IMG/VR virus record: IMGVR_UViG_3300014872_000008
Location: 1 to 25,552 of that record
DNA: 25,552 bases
DNA from: a virus
Lineage: Duplodnaviria; Caudoviricetes
Direction: 5' to 3' (one strand)
Shown: positions 1 through 8,468 of the stretch, in pieces
How positions within the stretch are numbered: position 1 is the first letter of the stretch
Layout of the letters: the number at the start of each line of letters is the position of its first letter
The notes under the pieces: model-generated
What the model was told of the DNA's origin: nothing
The model's database searches: none
What the model saw: only the letters and a program-made list of their open reading frames with translations
Program-made: the position numbers and the translations under genes

Positions 1-1
1 A

Positions 2-727
2 CGCGGCTTTATCGCCTATCGAGGTCCGTCACGACTGGACGGTGCGCCGATCGTCGCGATCGTCACGCTTGGATCGACGAACACGAAAACCGGCGACATG
101 GCCCAGGCGTGGGTCCTGCGGTCCGACATGAGCCCGCAGGCGGCCATCGGCGCTGGCGCGGATCGGTCCATCTGCGGCGGGTGCGTGCATCGGAGCGGCC
201 AGGCGCTCGGGCGGTCCTGCTACGTCGTGACGTGGTTCGGCCCGCAGGCGGTGTATCGCGCGTTCGACGCAGGGGACTATCCGCCCGTCTCTCCAGATCG
301 AGGGTCAGAGCTGCTGCGCGATGAGCTCGTGCGGGTCACGGCCTACGGCGATCCGGCGGCTGTGCCGTTCGAGGTCTGGCGGGCGCTGCTCGCCGGCGCT
401 GGCGGCCACACGGCCTATACCCACCAGTGGCGCACGTGTGACCAACGGTTCCAGGCGTTCACGATGGCCAGCGTCGAGTCAGAGGGTGAGGTTGACGACG
501 CCGCGCGCTTGGGCTGGCGCACGTTCCGCACGCGGTTGGCGACGGAGCGCGTCCGCGCCGACGAGATCGTGTGCCCGGCGAGCGAGGAAGCCGGCCACCA
601 GACCACCTGTCAAAACTGTCGTCTCTGCGTCGGACGGCAACGGCCATCCGCGCGCCACATCGTCATCCAGGCGCACGGCCAGCGGGTGCGCCACTTTGCC
701 GCCCAGAAAGCGTTGGTGACCGCATGA
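2..727 (+). CDS. Cys-rich phage protein, radical-SAM/Gp88-like (5' truncated)
   Basis: Frame is open from the window edge (RGFIAYRGPSRLDGAPIVAIVTLGSTNTKTGDM...). Motifs: NxKTG, CxxCxH...CY, YGDP, YTH and C-terminal CP...CxxCxLC. Family is inferred from motif recall. Confidence 0.55.
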   Translation, partial: RGFIAYRGPSRLDGAPIVAIVTLGSTNTKTGDMAQAWVLRSDMSPQAAIGAGADRSICGGCVHRSGQALGRSCYVVTWFGPQAVYRAFDAGDYPPVSPDRGSELLRDELVRVTAYGDPAAVPFEVWRALLAGAGGHTAYTHQWRTCDQRFQAFTMASVESEGEVDDAARLGWRTFRTRLATERVRADEIVCPASEEAGHQTTCQNCRLCVGRQRPSARHIVIQAHGQRVRHFAAQKALVTA

Positions 728-1758
728 CGCCGTCTGTCTCGCCGGCTGATCGTGACTATCTCGCGCACGTGGAAGCCCAGGCCAGGGCGCACGAGACGAT
801 CGCGGGCAAATACCGCGACGTCGCCAGTATGTTGCGCGAGATTCTAGGCGTGTCCACGATCGCGGCGCCGGGCGGTGTCTCAGACGTGCGCATGGAACTC
901 GTAGCCACCGACCGGGCGATTGCTCTACTCAAGACGCCGGACGCAGCCCCGGTCGATTTCCATCCACTCGATCCCGATCCGTTCCGCGTCCCGTCACGGG
1001 CGCCAATGTCGACCGATGCGGCCCGCGCCCATGCCGATGTGCCGCCCCGCCGTGCGCACCAACAGCCACACGAACTCAGCATCAAGATCCTTGCGAAAGT
1101 TACGGAGGCCGGCGGGGAGATCAGGTGCCAAGACTTGATCAATAGCGTCGGGTCAAATAGATCGGTCGTTCGGTATCACATTGCGCAACTCCTCGCCGAT
1201 CAGCGTCTCTTAAAGCGTGGCCGGACGGTCAGCACGGTGTATTTCTTGCCGCCCGCGGCGCCGCCAGCCGCGCCAGTTCCCGAGTTGACACGCGCTGATC
1301 CACCACCGACTGTGGCCGTGGTGGGCACGGATGCGTGGCGCGCGAAGGTCTCGTTTCTCTTGCTGCGGGATGTGCTCACCAACGCCCCGATACACGTCGG
1401 CGACATCGTCATCGCGCTCAGTGAGACATTGGGCGTGGCGCCGTACGCCGATGTGGTGGTGGTTCTGGACGCCCTCATCGCGGAAGGTGCCGTGCGGCTC
1501 GTCATGAAGGGCCGCGAAAAGCACTACGCCAAGACGACGGACCGCGTCAGCCGCGCGGATCTCAAAGGGACACTCCTGCGCGAGGCGTTCAACGGCCCAT
1601 CGAGTTGGTCGATGACGCGGTTGACCGAGATGACCCGTGCGGACAAAGGCGGCACGGGTAGCGATCTCGGACGCGTACTCGACGAGCTGGTGCGTGAAGG
1701 CCGGATCGCCGTGCGCACAGTGGGGAGCGAACGACACTACGCCCGGAAAGCGTCATGA
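724..1758 (+). CDS. Protein with ~3 tandem winged-helix-like repeats, putative DNA binding
   Basis: ATG at 724 overlaps the previous TGA. Three segments end in a helix + wing pattern: QLLADQRLLKRGRTVSTVY, LDALIAEGAVRLVMKGREKHY, LDELVREGRIAVRTVGSERHY. Confidence 0.6.
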   Translation: MTPSVSPADRDYLAHVEAQARAHETIAGKYRDVASMLREILGVSTIAAPGGVSDVRMELVATDRAIALLKTPDAAPVDFHPLDPDPFRVPSRAPMSTDAARAHADVPPRRAHQQPHELSIKILAKVTEAGGEIRCQDLINSVGSNRSVVRYHIAQLLADQRLLKRGRTVSTVYFLPPAAPPAAPVPELTRADPPPTVAVVGTDAWRAKVSFLLLRDVLTNAPIHVGDIVIALSETLGVAPYADVVVVLDALIAEGAVRLVMKGREKHYAKTTDRVSRADLKGTLLREAFNGPSSWSMTRLTEMTRADKGGTGSDLGRVLDELVREGRIAVRTVGSERHYARKAS

Positions 1759-1967
1759 GATCTACTGACCAGCACGCGCGCCTCCACCGGGCAGCCGACA
1801 TTCTCCGCCGGCAGTCCTTGACCCGGTCGCAGCTCGCGTATCGCTTCGGGATCTCCGTGCAGTCAGTGGACAAGATGCTCCGCACTATCGAGACCCACTG
1901 GCGCGTGGTGAAGGACGTCGACGACGGGCAGACCCGGTACCGGATCGGGCAGGAGCGGACGGCGTGA
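1755..1967 (+). CDS. Small HTH DNA-binding protein
   Basis: ATGA overlap; HTH pattern LTRSQLAYRFGISVQSVDKML. Confidence 0.7.
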   Translation: MRSTDQHARLHRAADILRRQSLTRSQLAYRFGISVQSVDKMLRTIETHWRVVKDVDDGQTRYRIGQERTA

Positions 1968-2392
1968 TCGAGATCACCCTGCGCTGCGTGCCGCCCAAGA
2001 CGACGGCGCAGATGAAGCGCGCGACGTGGCGCCACGGCAAGCCGCGGTTCTTCAAGTCGCAGGCTCAGCGGGCGGCCGAGCACACGTTTCTCTCACTGCT
2101 CGCGCCGCATCGCCCCGAGGCTCCGCTGCGGGGGGCGCTTGTGTTGAACGTGGCGTTCACATGGCCGCACCTGGCCAGCACGCCGAAGCGTCGACGCGCT
2201 GAGGTGTTGCCAAAAGTCACGAGGCCAGACGCGGACAACCTCGTGAAGGCGCTGCAGGACTGTCTCGTCGGCCTGCGGTTCATGGAAGACGACGGGCAGA
2301 TCGCCCGCCTGGTGTTTGAGAAGTTTCACGGCCCAGAGGCCACCGTTGGGATTTGGATTCAGATCGCGCCGTTCGGCGCAGAAGGAGTGTAG
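1964..2392 (+). CDS. rusA: RusA-family Holliday junction resolvase
   Basis: RPDADNLVKALQD...EDDGQI matches the RusA catalytic motif; GTGA overlap. Confidence 0.88.
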   Translation: MIEITLRCVPPKTTAQMKRATWRHGKPRFFKSQAQRAAEHTFLSLLAPHRPEAPLRGALVLNVAFTWPHLASTPKRRRAEVLPKVTRPDADNLVKALQDCLVGLRFMEDDGQIARLVFEKFHGPEATVGIWIQIAPFGAEGV

Positions 2393-2394
2393 TC

Positions 2395-3048
2395 ATGTAT
2401 CGATCGAAAGACGTCTGGATGGTGCTGAAGTCCGCGAAGTTGACGACCGGGAAAGACGACAAGGGCGTCGAGCACAAGCTCGCGGAGGTCCAACTCGTGA
2501 TCGATGAGTTGCCGCGCGAACTGGCCCTTGAGATGGGCGAGGAGGTGTCCGTCCATTTGTTCTCTGACGATGGGGCGATCAGGACGAACCTGGAAACCGT
2601 GACGCTGGACCCGCGGATCCCGAACCAGCGCATGACCGTGCGCGGCGGGATCGATATGGTACACACGGCCATCGAGAACGTCGAGATCGTGGCGTTGACG
2701 GCCCGGCGTCAAGTGAACGAGGACACCGGCAAAGAGTGGATCTCCCTCACCACCAAGGCCCGGTTCGACTTCGCGCCCAAGGGCCACCGTGAATGGCTCG
2801 CCATGCATTTCGGCTACGGCCAGCACTTCACGTTCGAGGCCGAGCAGGGCGATCTCTTGGGTCAGGCCGTGATCGACGCGGCGATCGACAGCGTCAAGGC
2901 TGGAGGAGAAGCGTTCGACATCCTCATGGGCCGCGGCGACGGGATCACGTCTGTGGAGATGACCACCTCAGATGGCAAGGGCCGGCGCAAGGGCGTGAAG
3001 ATCACCAAGGACAAGGTCGAGGACGTCGATCGGCCAGAGGCGCGGTGA
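2395..3048 (+). CDS. Hypothetical phage protein
   Basis: AAGGAG SD upstream of ATG 2395; strong GC3 codon bias. Confidence 0.75.
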   Translation: MYRSKDVWMVLKSAKLTTGKDDKGVEHKLAEVQLVIDELPRELALEMGEEVSVHLFSDDGAIRTNLETVTLDPRIPNQRMTVRGGIDMVHTAIENVEIVALTARRQVNEDTGKEWISLTTKARFDFAPKGHREWLAMHFGYGQHFTFEAEQGDLLGQAVIDAAIDSVKAGGEAFDILMGRGDGITSVEMTTSDGKGRRKGVKITKDKVEDVDRPEAR

Positions 3049-3072
3049 ATGGGGATGCCGCGACTAGAGCAA

Positions 3073-3591
3073 CTACAACGCGGCTGGCTTAGGATGCCAG
3101 CGATTGAATCCGCGGTCGCGCCGATTGTTCGCTTGCTCTGTGGGTGTCGCCCATCGGCAATTGTCGGGCGAGTATGGCCCGTCGTTGTCGCGTCGGTCGA
3201 TCGAATGGCTCGGAGAAGGACGTGGCCCCATATCGGCGAGGAAGTGTTCGAAGTGGTCTCGCCATCGGTCGCAGACCATGATTCCGCGTCCACCGTACTC
3301 AGCATAGTCAGGCGTGCGCGGGTTCAGGCAGCGGTTCTTCAGCCGTTCCCACGTGTGGTACTCGACCGTGCGGCTCTGTCCGTGAGTGCTGTTCGCTGCG
3401 CTCGTTTGCTCCGCGTTGAAGCACCCGCACGACGTCGACTGCTTACCGAGATGGTCCTGGCGAATGGTTGTCAGTCGGCCGCAATCACATCGACATGCCC
3501 ACGCCCGGTGCCGGGCAGATGCCCGCGGGGCCTCGCCGATCACCGTCAACCGTCCAAACCGTTGCCCGGACACGTCTTTCAACGCTCGCAT
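3073..3591 (-). CDS. HNH homing endonuclease
   Basis: [35 protein letters not shown] and [26 protein letters not shown], typical of phage free-standing HNH endonucleases. Start 3591 preferred (3600 alternative). Confidence 0.88.
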   Translation of the reverse strand: MRALKDVSGQRFGRLTVIGEAPRASARHRAWACRCDCGRLTTIRQDHLGKQSTSCGCFNAEQTSAANSTHGQSRTVEYHTWERLKNRCLNPRTPDYAEYGGRGIMVCDRWRDHFEHFLADMGPRPSPSHSIDRRDNDGPYSPDNCRWATPTEQANNRRDRGFNRWHPKPAAL

Positions 3592-3598
3592 GCAGAGC

Positions 3599-3604
3599 AT
3601 TTTA
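3599..3604 (-). promoter_or_regulatory. Putative -10 element (TAAAAT) for a leaderless HNH transcript
   Basis: Minus strand reads TAAAAT-gctctgc-ATG(3591), a 7-nt spacing with no SD. Confidence 0.45.
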
Positions 3605-3638
3605 CAGCGGAATACGTAATCAATGGGGAGTGTGTTGC

Positions 3639-5519
3639 GTGAAGTTGAAGATAGCTGAAGGTCTGAGTCTCCCTCTTGATGCTGTCACGCAGACGTTTCT
3701 CATCGTCGGTAAACGGGGCAGCGGTAAGAGCAATACCGCCGCTAGGTTCGTCGAGCAGCTCTACCACGCCCGGTTGCCCTTCGTGGTCCTCGACCCTGTC
3801 GACACATGGTGGGGCCTGAAAGCCGGACGCGATGGCGGGCGCGGGCTGGATGTCTACGTGTTCGGCGGCCGGAAAGCCGACCTACCGCTCGAAGCAGGAG
3901 CGGGCGCGCTAATCGCCGAGGTGTTATGCGAGCACCGGATGCCGATGGTGCTCTCGGTCAAGCACCTGTCAGGCCGTGAGCGGAGCGCGTTCATGGTCGC
4001 CTTCGCGCAGACGCTGTTCCAGAAGTGGGGCGGTGGTCCGTTGCACGTCGTGCTTGAGGAAGCGCACGAACTCGCGCCGCAAATGTCTGGCGGTCGTGGT
4101 GGCAGCAACCAGGACAACGAAGCGGCGATGCTGGGCGCCTTCAAACGCCTGTGGAAGCTCGGCCGGTCGTCGGGTATCGGCGGCACGGCGGTCACGCAGC
4201 GCCCGGCGTCGCTGTCGAAGGACATCACGACTCAGTCTGAGATCCTGATCGCGCACCGCACCATTGGCCCGCAAGACGTCAAGGCGATCGGCGAGTGGGT
4301 GAAGTACCACGGTCAGCGCGACGACATCTTGGCGGATCTACCGTCGATGCCGACCGGTGAAGCCGTTGTGTGGGCGCCGGAGTTCCCGGAAGGGAAGCCG
4401 CTCGGCCTGATGCGGACGCGCGTGCTCCTGCGCGAAACGTACGACTCGGCCTCGACGCCGAAGGTGGGCGAGCAGCGCGTCGAGCCGAAGGAACTCGCGG
4501 CCGTGGACCTAGATCGTCTGCGGTTGAAGATGGCGGCCACGATCGCGAAGGCCCAAGCCGACGACCCACGCGAACTAAGGAAGCAGCTCGCGGAGGCGAT
4601 GCGGGAACTGAACGCCTTGCGTTCAGCCGCGAAAGTGAACGCTGTGCTTGACAAGGCGGCGCCGGTCGGCAAGCCCGTGCCGGTCCTGACGGACGCCGAC
4701 CGCGAGACACTGGCGACCGTTCAGCGGTATCTGAAAAATATCGAGGCCGCGCTGGGCGCAGAGTCCGAGGCTTTGATCGCGACCTTCGAACACAAGGCCG
4801 AGAAGGTCTTCGCGCCCATCTTGGCGCGGTTCCACCAGGACGCCGAGACGATCCATCTCAACGGCCGGCAGGAGTTCGAAGCCATCCTGAATCGCGTTGG
4901 GTTCCAGCGCGTACTCGACAAGCTCGACCGCGTCACGGCCGTTCCGGCGCCGGCTCCACGACATACCCATACCCCACCACCACGCACGGCTCAGCCGTCA
5001 CCGGCTCCAACGCGTCAGGCGACGCCACGGACGCCGGTGGCGGCTGGCGATCGTGACCTCGGGAAGTGCGAGCGCACCATTCTCGGCGTGCTGTCCACGC
5101 ACGGCGCGTCCACGTCTGGACGGTTGACGCTGCTCGCCGGCTACCGGTACAGCGGAGGGTTCAAGAACAGCCTGAGCGCGTTGCGCCAGGCCGGCTACAT
5201 CGTGGGCGAGAACACCGGCGTCATGAGCATCACGGATGCCGGACAGGCCGCGCTGGGAGACATCCCGACGCTACCGACGAACGGATCGCTGGGCCAGTAC
5301 TGGCTGAACCATCCGTCGTTCGGGAAAGCCGAGCGGGCCATCCTGGAGGTCCTACTCGCGTCGCCGCGCGGTCTGACATCTGAGGCGATCTGTGCAGCGA
5401 CCGGCTACGCATACTCAGGCGGCTTCAAGAACTCGCTGTCGGCGCTACGCACGGCCGGCGTCATTGTCGGCAAGAACACCGAGGTCATGCGTCCCAACGA
5501 AGAACTGGTTCAGCCATGA
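3639..5519 (+). CDS. HerA/FtsK-like P-loop ATPase (DUF87-like) with coiled coil and two C-terminal wHTH repeats
   Basis: GTG start after GGGGAG; Walker A GKRGSGKS, Walker [22 protein letters not shown]; duplicated [20 protein letters not shown]. Confidence 0.82.
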   Translation: MKLKIAEGLSLPLDAVTQTFLIVGKRGSGKSNTAARFVEQLYHARLPFVVLDPVDTWWGLKAGRDGGRGLDVYVFGGRKADLPLEAGAGALIAEVLCEHRMPMVLSVKHLSGRERSAFMVAFAQTLFQKWGGGPLHVVLEEAHELAPQMSGGRGGSNQDNEAAMLGAFKRLWKLGRSSGIGGTAVTQRPASLSKDITTQSEILIAHRTIGPQDVKAIGEWVKYHGQRDDILADLPSMPTGEAVVWAPEFPEGKPLGLMRTRVLLRETYDSASTPKVGEQRVEPKELAAVDLDRLRLKMAATIAKAQADDPRELRKQLAEAMRELNALRSAAKVNAVLDKAAPVGKPVPVLTDADRETLATVQRYLKNIEAALGAESEALIATFEHKAEKVFAPILARFHQDAETIHLNGRQEFEAILNRVGFQRVLDKLDRVTAVPAPAPRHTHTPPPRTAQPSPAPTRQATPRTPVAAGDRDLGKCERTILGVLSTHGASTSGRLTLLAGYRYSGGFKNSLSALRQAGYIVGENTGVMSITDAGQAALGDIPTLPTNGSLGQYWLNHPSFGKAERAILEVLLASPRGLTSEAICAATGYAYSGGFKNSLSALRTAGVIVGKNTEVMRPNEELVQP

Positions 5520-5824
5520 CACCCCCGGACGCCCGCGTGCCGTTGGGGGCGTTGATTGCGAGGCTGCGTGAGGTAGTACCAGACGCGGATGAGGAGTTCA
5601 ACGCTCAGTGCGCCGTGCGCGATGACGCGGCGGATCGGCTGGCGGCCCTGGAGGCGCTGCTTGAGCGTGCCACGGCAGTCTGGATTGATGACAGTTGGGA
5701 AAATGGCGATAAACAATGCGCCGTATGTCTCGAAGACAAGCCATCACACGCCCCGGACTGCTGGCTGCGCGACCTGCTCGCGCTGGCGGGATCTGATGCT
5801 AAAATAAGCGGAGCGTCCGAGTGA
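5516..5824 (+). CDS. Hypothetical Zn-binding protein, 3' end possibly replaced by the TnpB element
   Basis: ATGA overlap; CAVC...HAPDC motif. Confidence 0.65.
   Translation: MTPPDARVPLGALIARLREVVPDADEEFNAQCAVRDDAADRLAALEALLERATAVWIDDSWENGDKQCAVCLEDKPSHAPDCWLRDLLALAGSDAKISGASE
5797..5805 (+). promoter_or_regulatory. Extended -10 promoter (TGcTAAAAT) upstream of tnpB
   Basis: TGnTAAAAT in an otherwise GC-rich context, followed by a hairpin leader. Confidence 0.45.
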
Positions 5825-6989
5825 TGGTGTCACTCGAAACGCCCCTCACCACTCGGACCGTTGAAGGCGGCCACGACATGGCTAGAACAAAGCCTACCAA
5901 ATCGATCATTCAGTGCCAGTTAAAGTTGAAGCTCCGGCCGGCTCAGGAGCGGATGCTGAACCGCTGGCTCTGGCACCTCACGGCCGTGTTCAATTGGGCG
6001 TACAAGACCGTTGAGCATAACGCCAACCAAGGGATCTATCTATCTCGTTACGATTTAGAGTCGCGTCTTGCTTTCCACTCAGGACGCATGGGTATTCCAG
6101 CCAGGGTGTTGGATGGTGCAGCTCGAACCGCGCACGATGCGTGGCAGCGGTGCTTTCAGCGCCTGGCTCGACGGCCGCGCATGAAAGGTCGTAGAAATCG
6201 CCTGAACAGCATCCTGTTTCGACAGGTGATTAATCGCGTGGAATGCGACCGGATCTTCGTGTCCGGGTTTGGCATGGTGCGATTTCATCGGCAAGAGATT
6301 CCGGCTGGACGGATCACAGGCGCGCGACTGATACGTCGCTCGTCTGGCTGGTATTTCAGTCTATTCGTTGAGGCCAGTCCTCGTTCCATTCCCGTCCTGT
6401 CGAGCGGAGAGATAGGCATCGATCCTGGTTTTGTGTCGCTGATCTCTCTGTCCACCGGAGAGAAAGTCGAACAGGCTCTCGAACTGAAACAAACCGCGAT
6501 GCGGTTGGCGCAGTCTCAGCGAGGCAGCGACAGGCGGCTCACGGCCAGACTCAAAGAGCGTGAAGCGAATCAGAGGAAAGACCGCAATCATAAACTCTCG
6601 CGCCGGCTTCTATCTGAGAATGCGTTGATCTGTTGGTCGAAGGATTCTCATCGAGCCATCGCGCGCACGTTCGGTAAAAGCGTGGCTAGCGCCGCGCATG
6701 GGCAGCTTCGGCAAATGCTCGCGTACAAATGCCGTGCAGGCGGTCGCGAGTTCATCGAAGTGCCCAACCGGTATTCCACTATGACCTGTTCAGCATGTGG
6801 GGCGAGAAGTGGCCCGACTGGCTACGCAGGCTTGTCAGTAAGGCAATGGACGTGTGGCTGTGGAGCCAGTTGGGACCGCGACGTCAACGCCGCGCTCAAC
6901 ACACTGATTGCCGGGCGCGGACTGCGCCTCGAACGAGTCGGCGACGGCTCATCAGGAATCGTCACGTGATGCAATACGACGATAGTCAC
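5798..6989 (+). mobile_element. Non-autonomous IS200/IS605-type (tnpB-only) element; boundaries inferred
   Basis: tnpB ORF, left hairpin 5818-5836 and right-end-like GGAATC-hairpin-GTCAC at 6955-6989; no tnpA in the window. Confidence 0.55.
5878..6969 (+). CDS. tnpB: TnpB RNA-guided nuclease family protein
   Basis: N-terminal LKLRP..Q HTH, RuvC-I GIDPG, RKDRNHKLSRRL, LRQMLAYK, Zn ribbon CSACG..WTCGCG, RuvC-III DRDVNAALN. GTG 5821 is an alternative start. Confidence 0.92.
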   Translation: MARTKPTKSIIQCQLKLKLRPAQERMLNRWLWHLTAVFNWAYKTVEHNANQGIYLSRYDLESRLAFHSGRMGIPARVLDGAARTAHDAWQRCFQRLARRPRMKGRRNRLNSILFRQVINRVECDRIFVSGFGMVRFHRQEIPAGRITGARLIRRSSGWYFSLFVEASPRSIPVLSSGEIGIDPGFVSLISLSTGEKVEQALELKQTAMRLAQSQRGSDRRLTARLKEREANQRKDRNHKLSRRLLSENALICWSKDSHRAIARTFGKSVASAAHGQLRQMLAYKCRAGGREFIEVPNRYSTMTCSACGARSGPTGYAGLSVRQWTCGCGASWDRDVNAALNTLIAGRGLRLERVGDGSSGIVT

Positions 6990-7010
6990 CCCAGCGGAGA
7001 CGCAGCCTCG
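6905..7010 (+). ncRNA. Putative omegaRNA (reRNA) 3' scaffold plus guide
   Basis: Stems ggcgc/gcgcc, gagtcg/cggctc and atcgtc(6958-63)/gacgat(6978-83) end in GTCAC and overlap the tnpB 3' end, as known for TnpB omegaRNAs. The 5' boundary is unknown. Confidence 0.45.
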
Positions 7011-7040
7011 CGTCCACATCCAGCGGAGACGGAGCGGTAG

Positions 7041-7217
7041 ATGGCCAAGACGACGATTGAAACGCACGAGGAGATTTGCTCGCTGTGCGTCGGGAGCGGC
7101 ACGCTTCTGGAGTATCCATATCCACCACACGAGACGACGACTGCCGGGCCATTCTCCGTGCAGTGCCGTCAATGCGGTGGGCGGGGGTTCGTGGTGACAA
7201 AGCGCGTGATTCGATAG
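7041..7217 (+). CDS. Small DnaJ-type zinc-finger protein (58 aa)
   Basis: Translated by hand: MAKTTIETHEEICSLCVGSG...CRQCGGRGFVVTKRVIR, with two CxxCxGxG motifs; GGAG upstream. Confidence 0.75.
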   Translation: MAKTTIETHEEICSLCVGSGTLLEYPYPPHETTTAGPFSVQCRQCGGRGFVVTKRVIR

Positions 7218-7406
7218 GTGGAGGACTAGCTAGTCGTGGGAAAGAATCGAGCGATCACGTTCGGCAAATGCACGATCTGTGGCAAGAAGACGCAGGCGGC
7301 TGACCCGTTCTGGTTGAAGCGGTGCCCAGCCTGTTGAAAGAAGCTATGGAAGTCTCGCAACAATAAATACGACGGCAGCGATTAGTGCGCAAGGTGGAGG
7401 ACTAGC
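7216..7406 (+). repeat. 15-bp direct repeat AGGTGGAGGACTAGC (7216-7230, 7392-7406), each containing an SD
   Basis: Exact match read from the sequence. Confidence 0.85.
7236..7385 (+). CDS. Small Zn-ribbon protein with in-frame TGA at 7335-7337 (33 aa, or 49 aa if read through)
   Basis: GTG start after GGAGG: MGKNRAITFGKCTICGKKTQAADPFWLKRCPAC*KKLWKSRNNKYDGSD*. Confidence 0.6.
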
Positions 7407-7408
7407 CC

Positions 7409-7549
7409 ATGCTGACCCCCAATGACACGAGCGGAAGCGTGTGGCGCGATGACTGGCGCGTCGTGACGACGAGTCGCATTGTGCAGATGATCATGGTGCG
7501 CGTGACGACACGAGCGCCGCAACCGTTGGAGACGAGGACAGACCGATGA
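7409..7549 (+). CDS. Hypothetical 46-aa protein
   Basis: GGAGG SD; stop overlaps the next ATG (7546). Confidence 0.55.
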   Translation: MLTPNDTSGSVWRDDWRVVTTSRIVQMIMVRVTTRAPQPLETRTDR

Positions 7550-7933
7550 CCCCCGAGGATCTCCAGCGGCTCCAGGACCTGGCGCGGAAGGCGACACCTG
7601 GACCGTGGGCGGCCGAATGCGATGACCAGGACGGAAACATTCGCAGCCGTCATGTTCGAGGTGCGCGACAGCAAGACGGAGCATATGGCCGTGGCTGATT
7701 CGTGCTTTACAGAGGATGCCGACTTCATCGCCGCCTGCGATCCCCAGACCATCTTGGCCCTGTGCGCGATGGCGGCCGGTACAACGCTCGCCTCTTTCCG
7801 CCCCCTACTGGAGCGGGCGCTGACGGATGAGGTGTTGCAGTGGGCGCTGAATGACGCCATCAACGAGGGCTTTCCAGAGATGCGCAACGTCCTCCTGACC
7901 GCCCTCCTCGCGGCGCTGACGGAGGGACGATGA
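7546..7933 (+). pseudogene. Ead/Ea22-like protein split by a frameshift
   Basis: LQRLQDLARKATPGPW (frame of 7546, stops ~7698) and DADFIAACDPQTILAL (frame of 7622) are the two halves of one family signature. Confidence 0.7.
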
Positions 7934-8250
7934 AACTGACCGACGCCGTGCTCATTGAGGCGCTGAATCGAGGGACTGATGCGCTGGCGGACGGGCGACC
8001 AACGTCGCGCGAGCGACGGTACGCTGATGCGGCCGATGCGATGCGTGAGGTCATCATCGCTGCCCAACCCGACGCGCCCGCGCCGACGTGCGCGACGTGC
8101 CAGCAATTTCGTGGCGACAAGGCGACAGGGAGACGCCATGACGGCGGATGGTGCGCCTTCGGCGTTCAACGACCGGATGCTTCGCTGCTGATGTTTCCGG
8201 CGCATGAGCACTTCGGCTGCATGCTGCACACGCCACGGACCACCCAATGA
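7930..8250 (+). CDS. Hypothetical protein, Cys-rich C-terminus
   Basis: GGAGG SD, ATGA overlap; CATC...WC...FGCxLH. Confidence 0.7.
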   Translation: MKLTDAVLIEALNRGTDALADGRPTSRERRYADAADAMREVIIAAQPDAPAPTCATCQQFRGDKATGRRHDGGWCAFGVQRPDASLLMFPAHEHFGCMLHTPRTTQ

Positions 8251-8468
8251 CGCTGACCCGCCTGAACCGCTTCTACTCACTCTACCTCTGGCGCACCCAC
8301 TACGTCTGCCGGTGCGGGGCGTTCCTGCCGAAGGATGGGCGCGAACTGCACGAGCAGTTCCACGCCGCGGCCAGAGAGTTCTTCCAACCACCGACTGGCA
8401 ACGACCTGGCGTGGATACGGCAGGCGCTTGAGGCTCAGCCCACGCCAAAAACGGAGACACCGCGATGA
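8247..8468 (+). CDS. Hypothetical protein (C2H2-like CRCG...HEQFH)
   Basis: ATGA overlaps at both ends. Confidence 0.65.
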   Translation: MTLTRLNRFYSLYLWRTHYVCRCGAFLPKDGRELHEQFHAAAREFFQPPTGNDLAWIRQALEAQPTPKTETPR

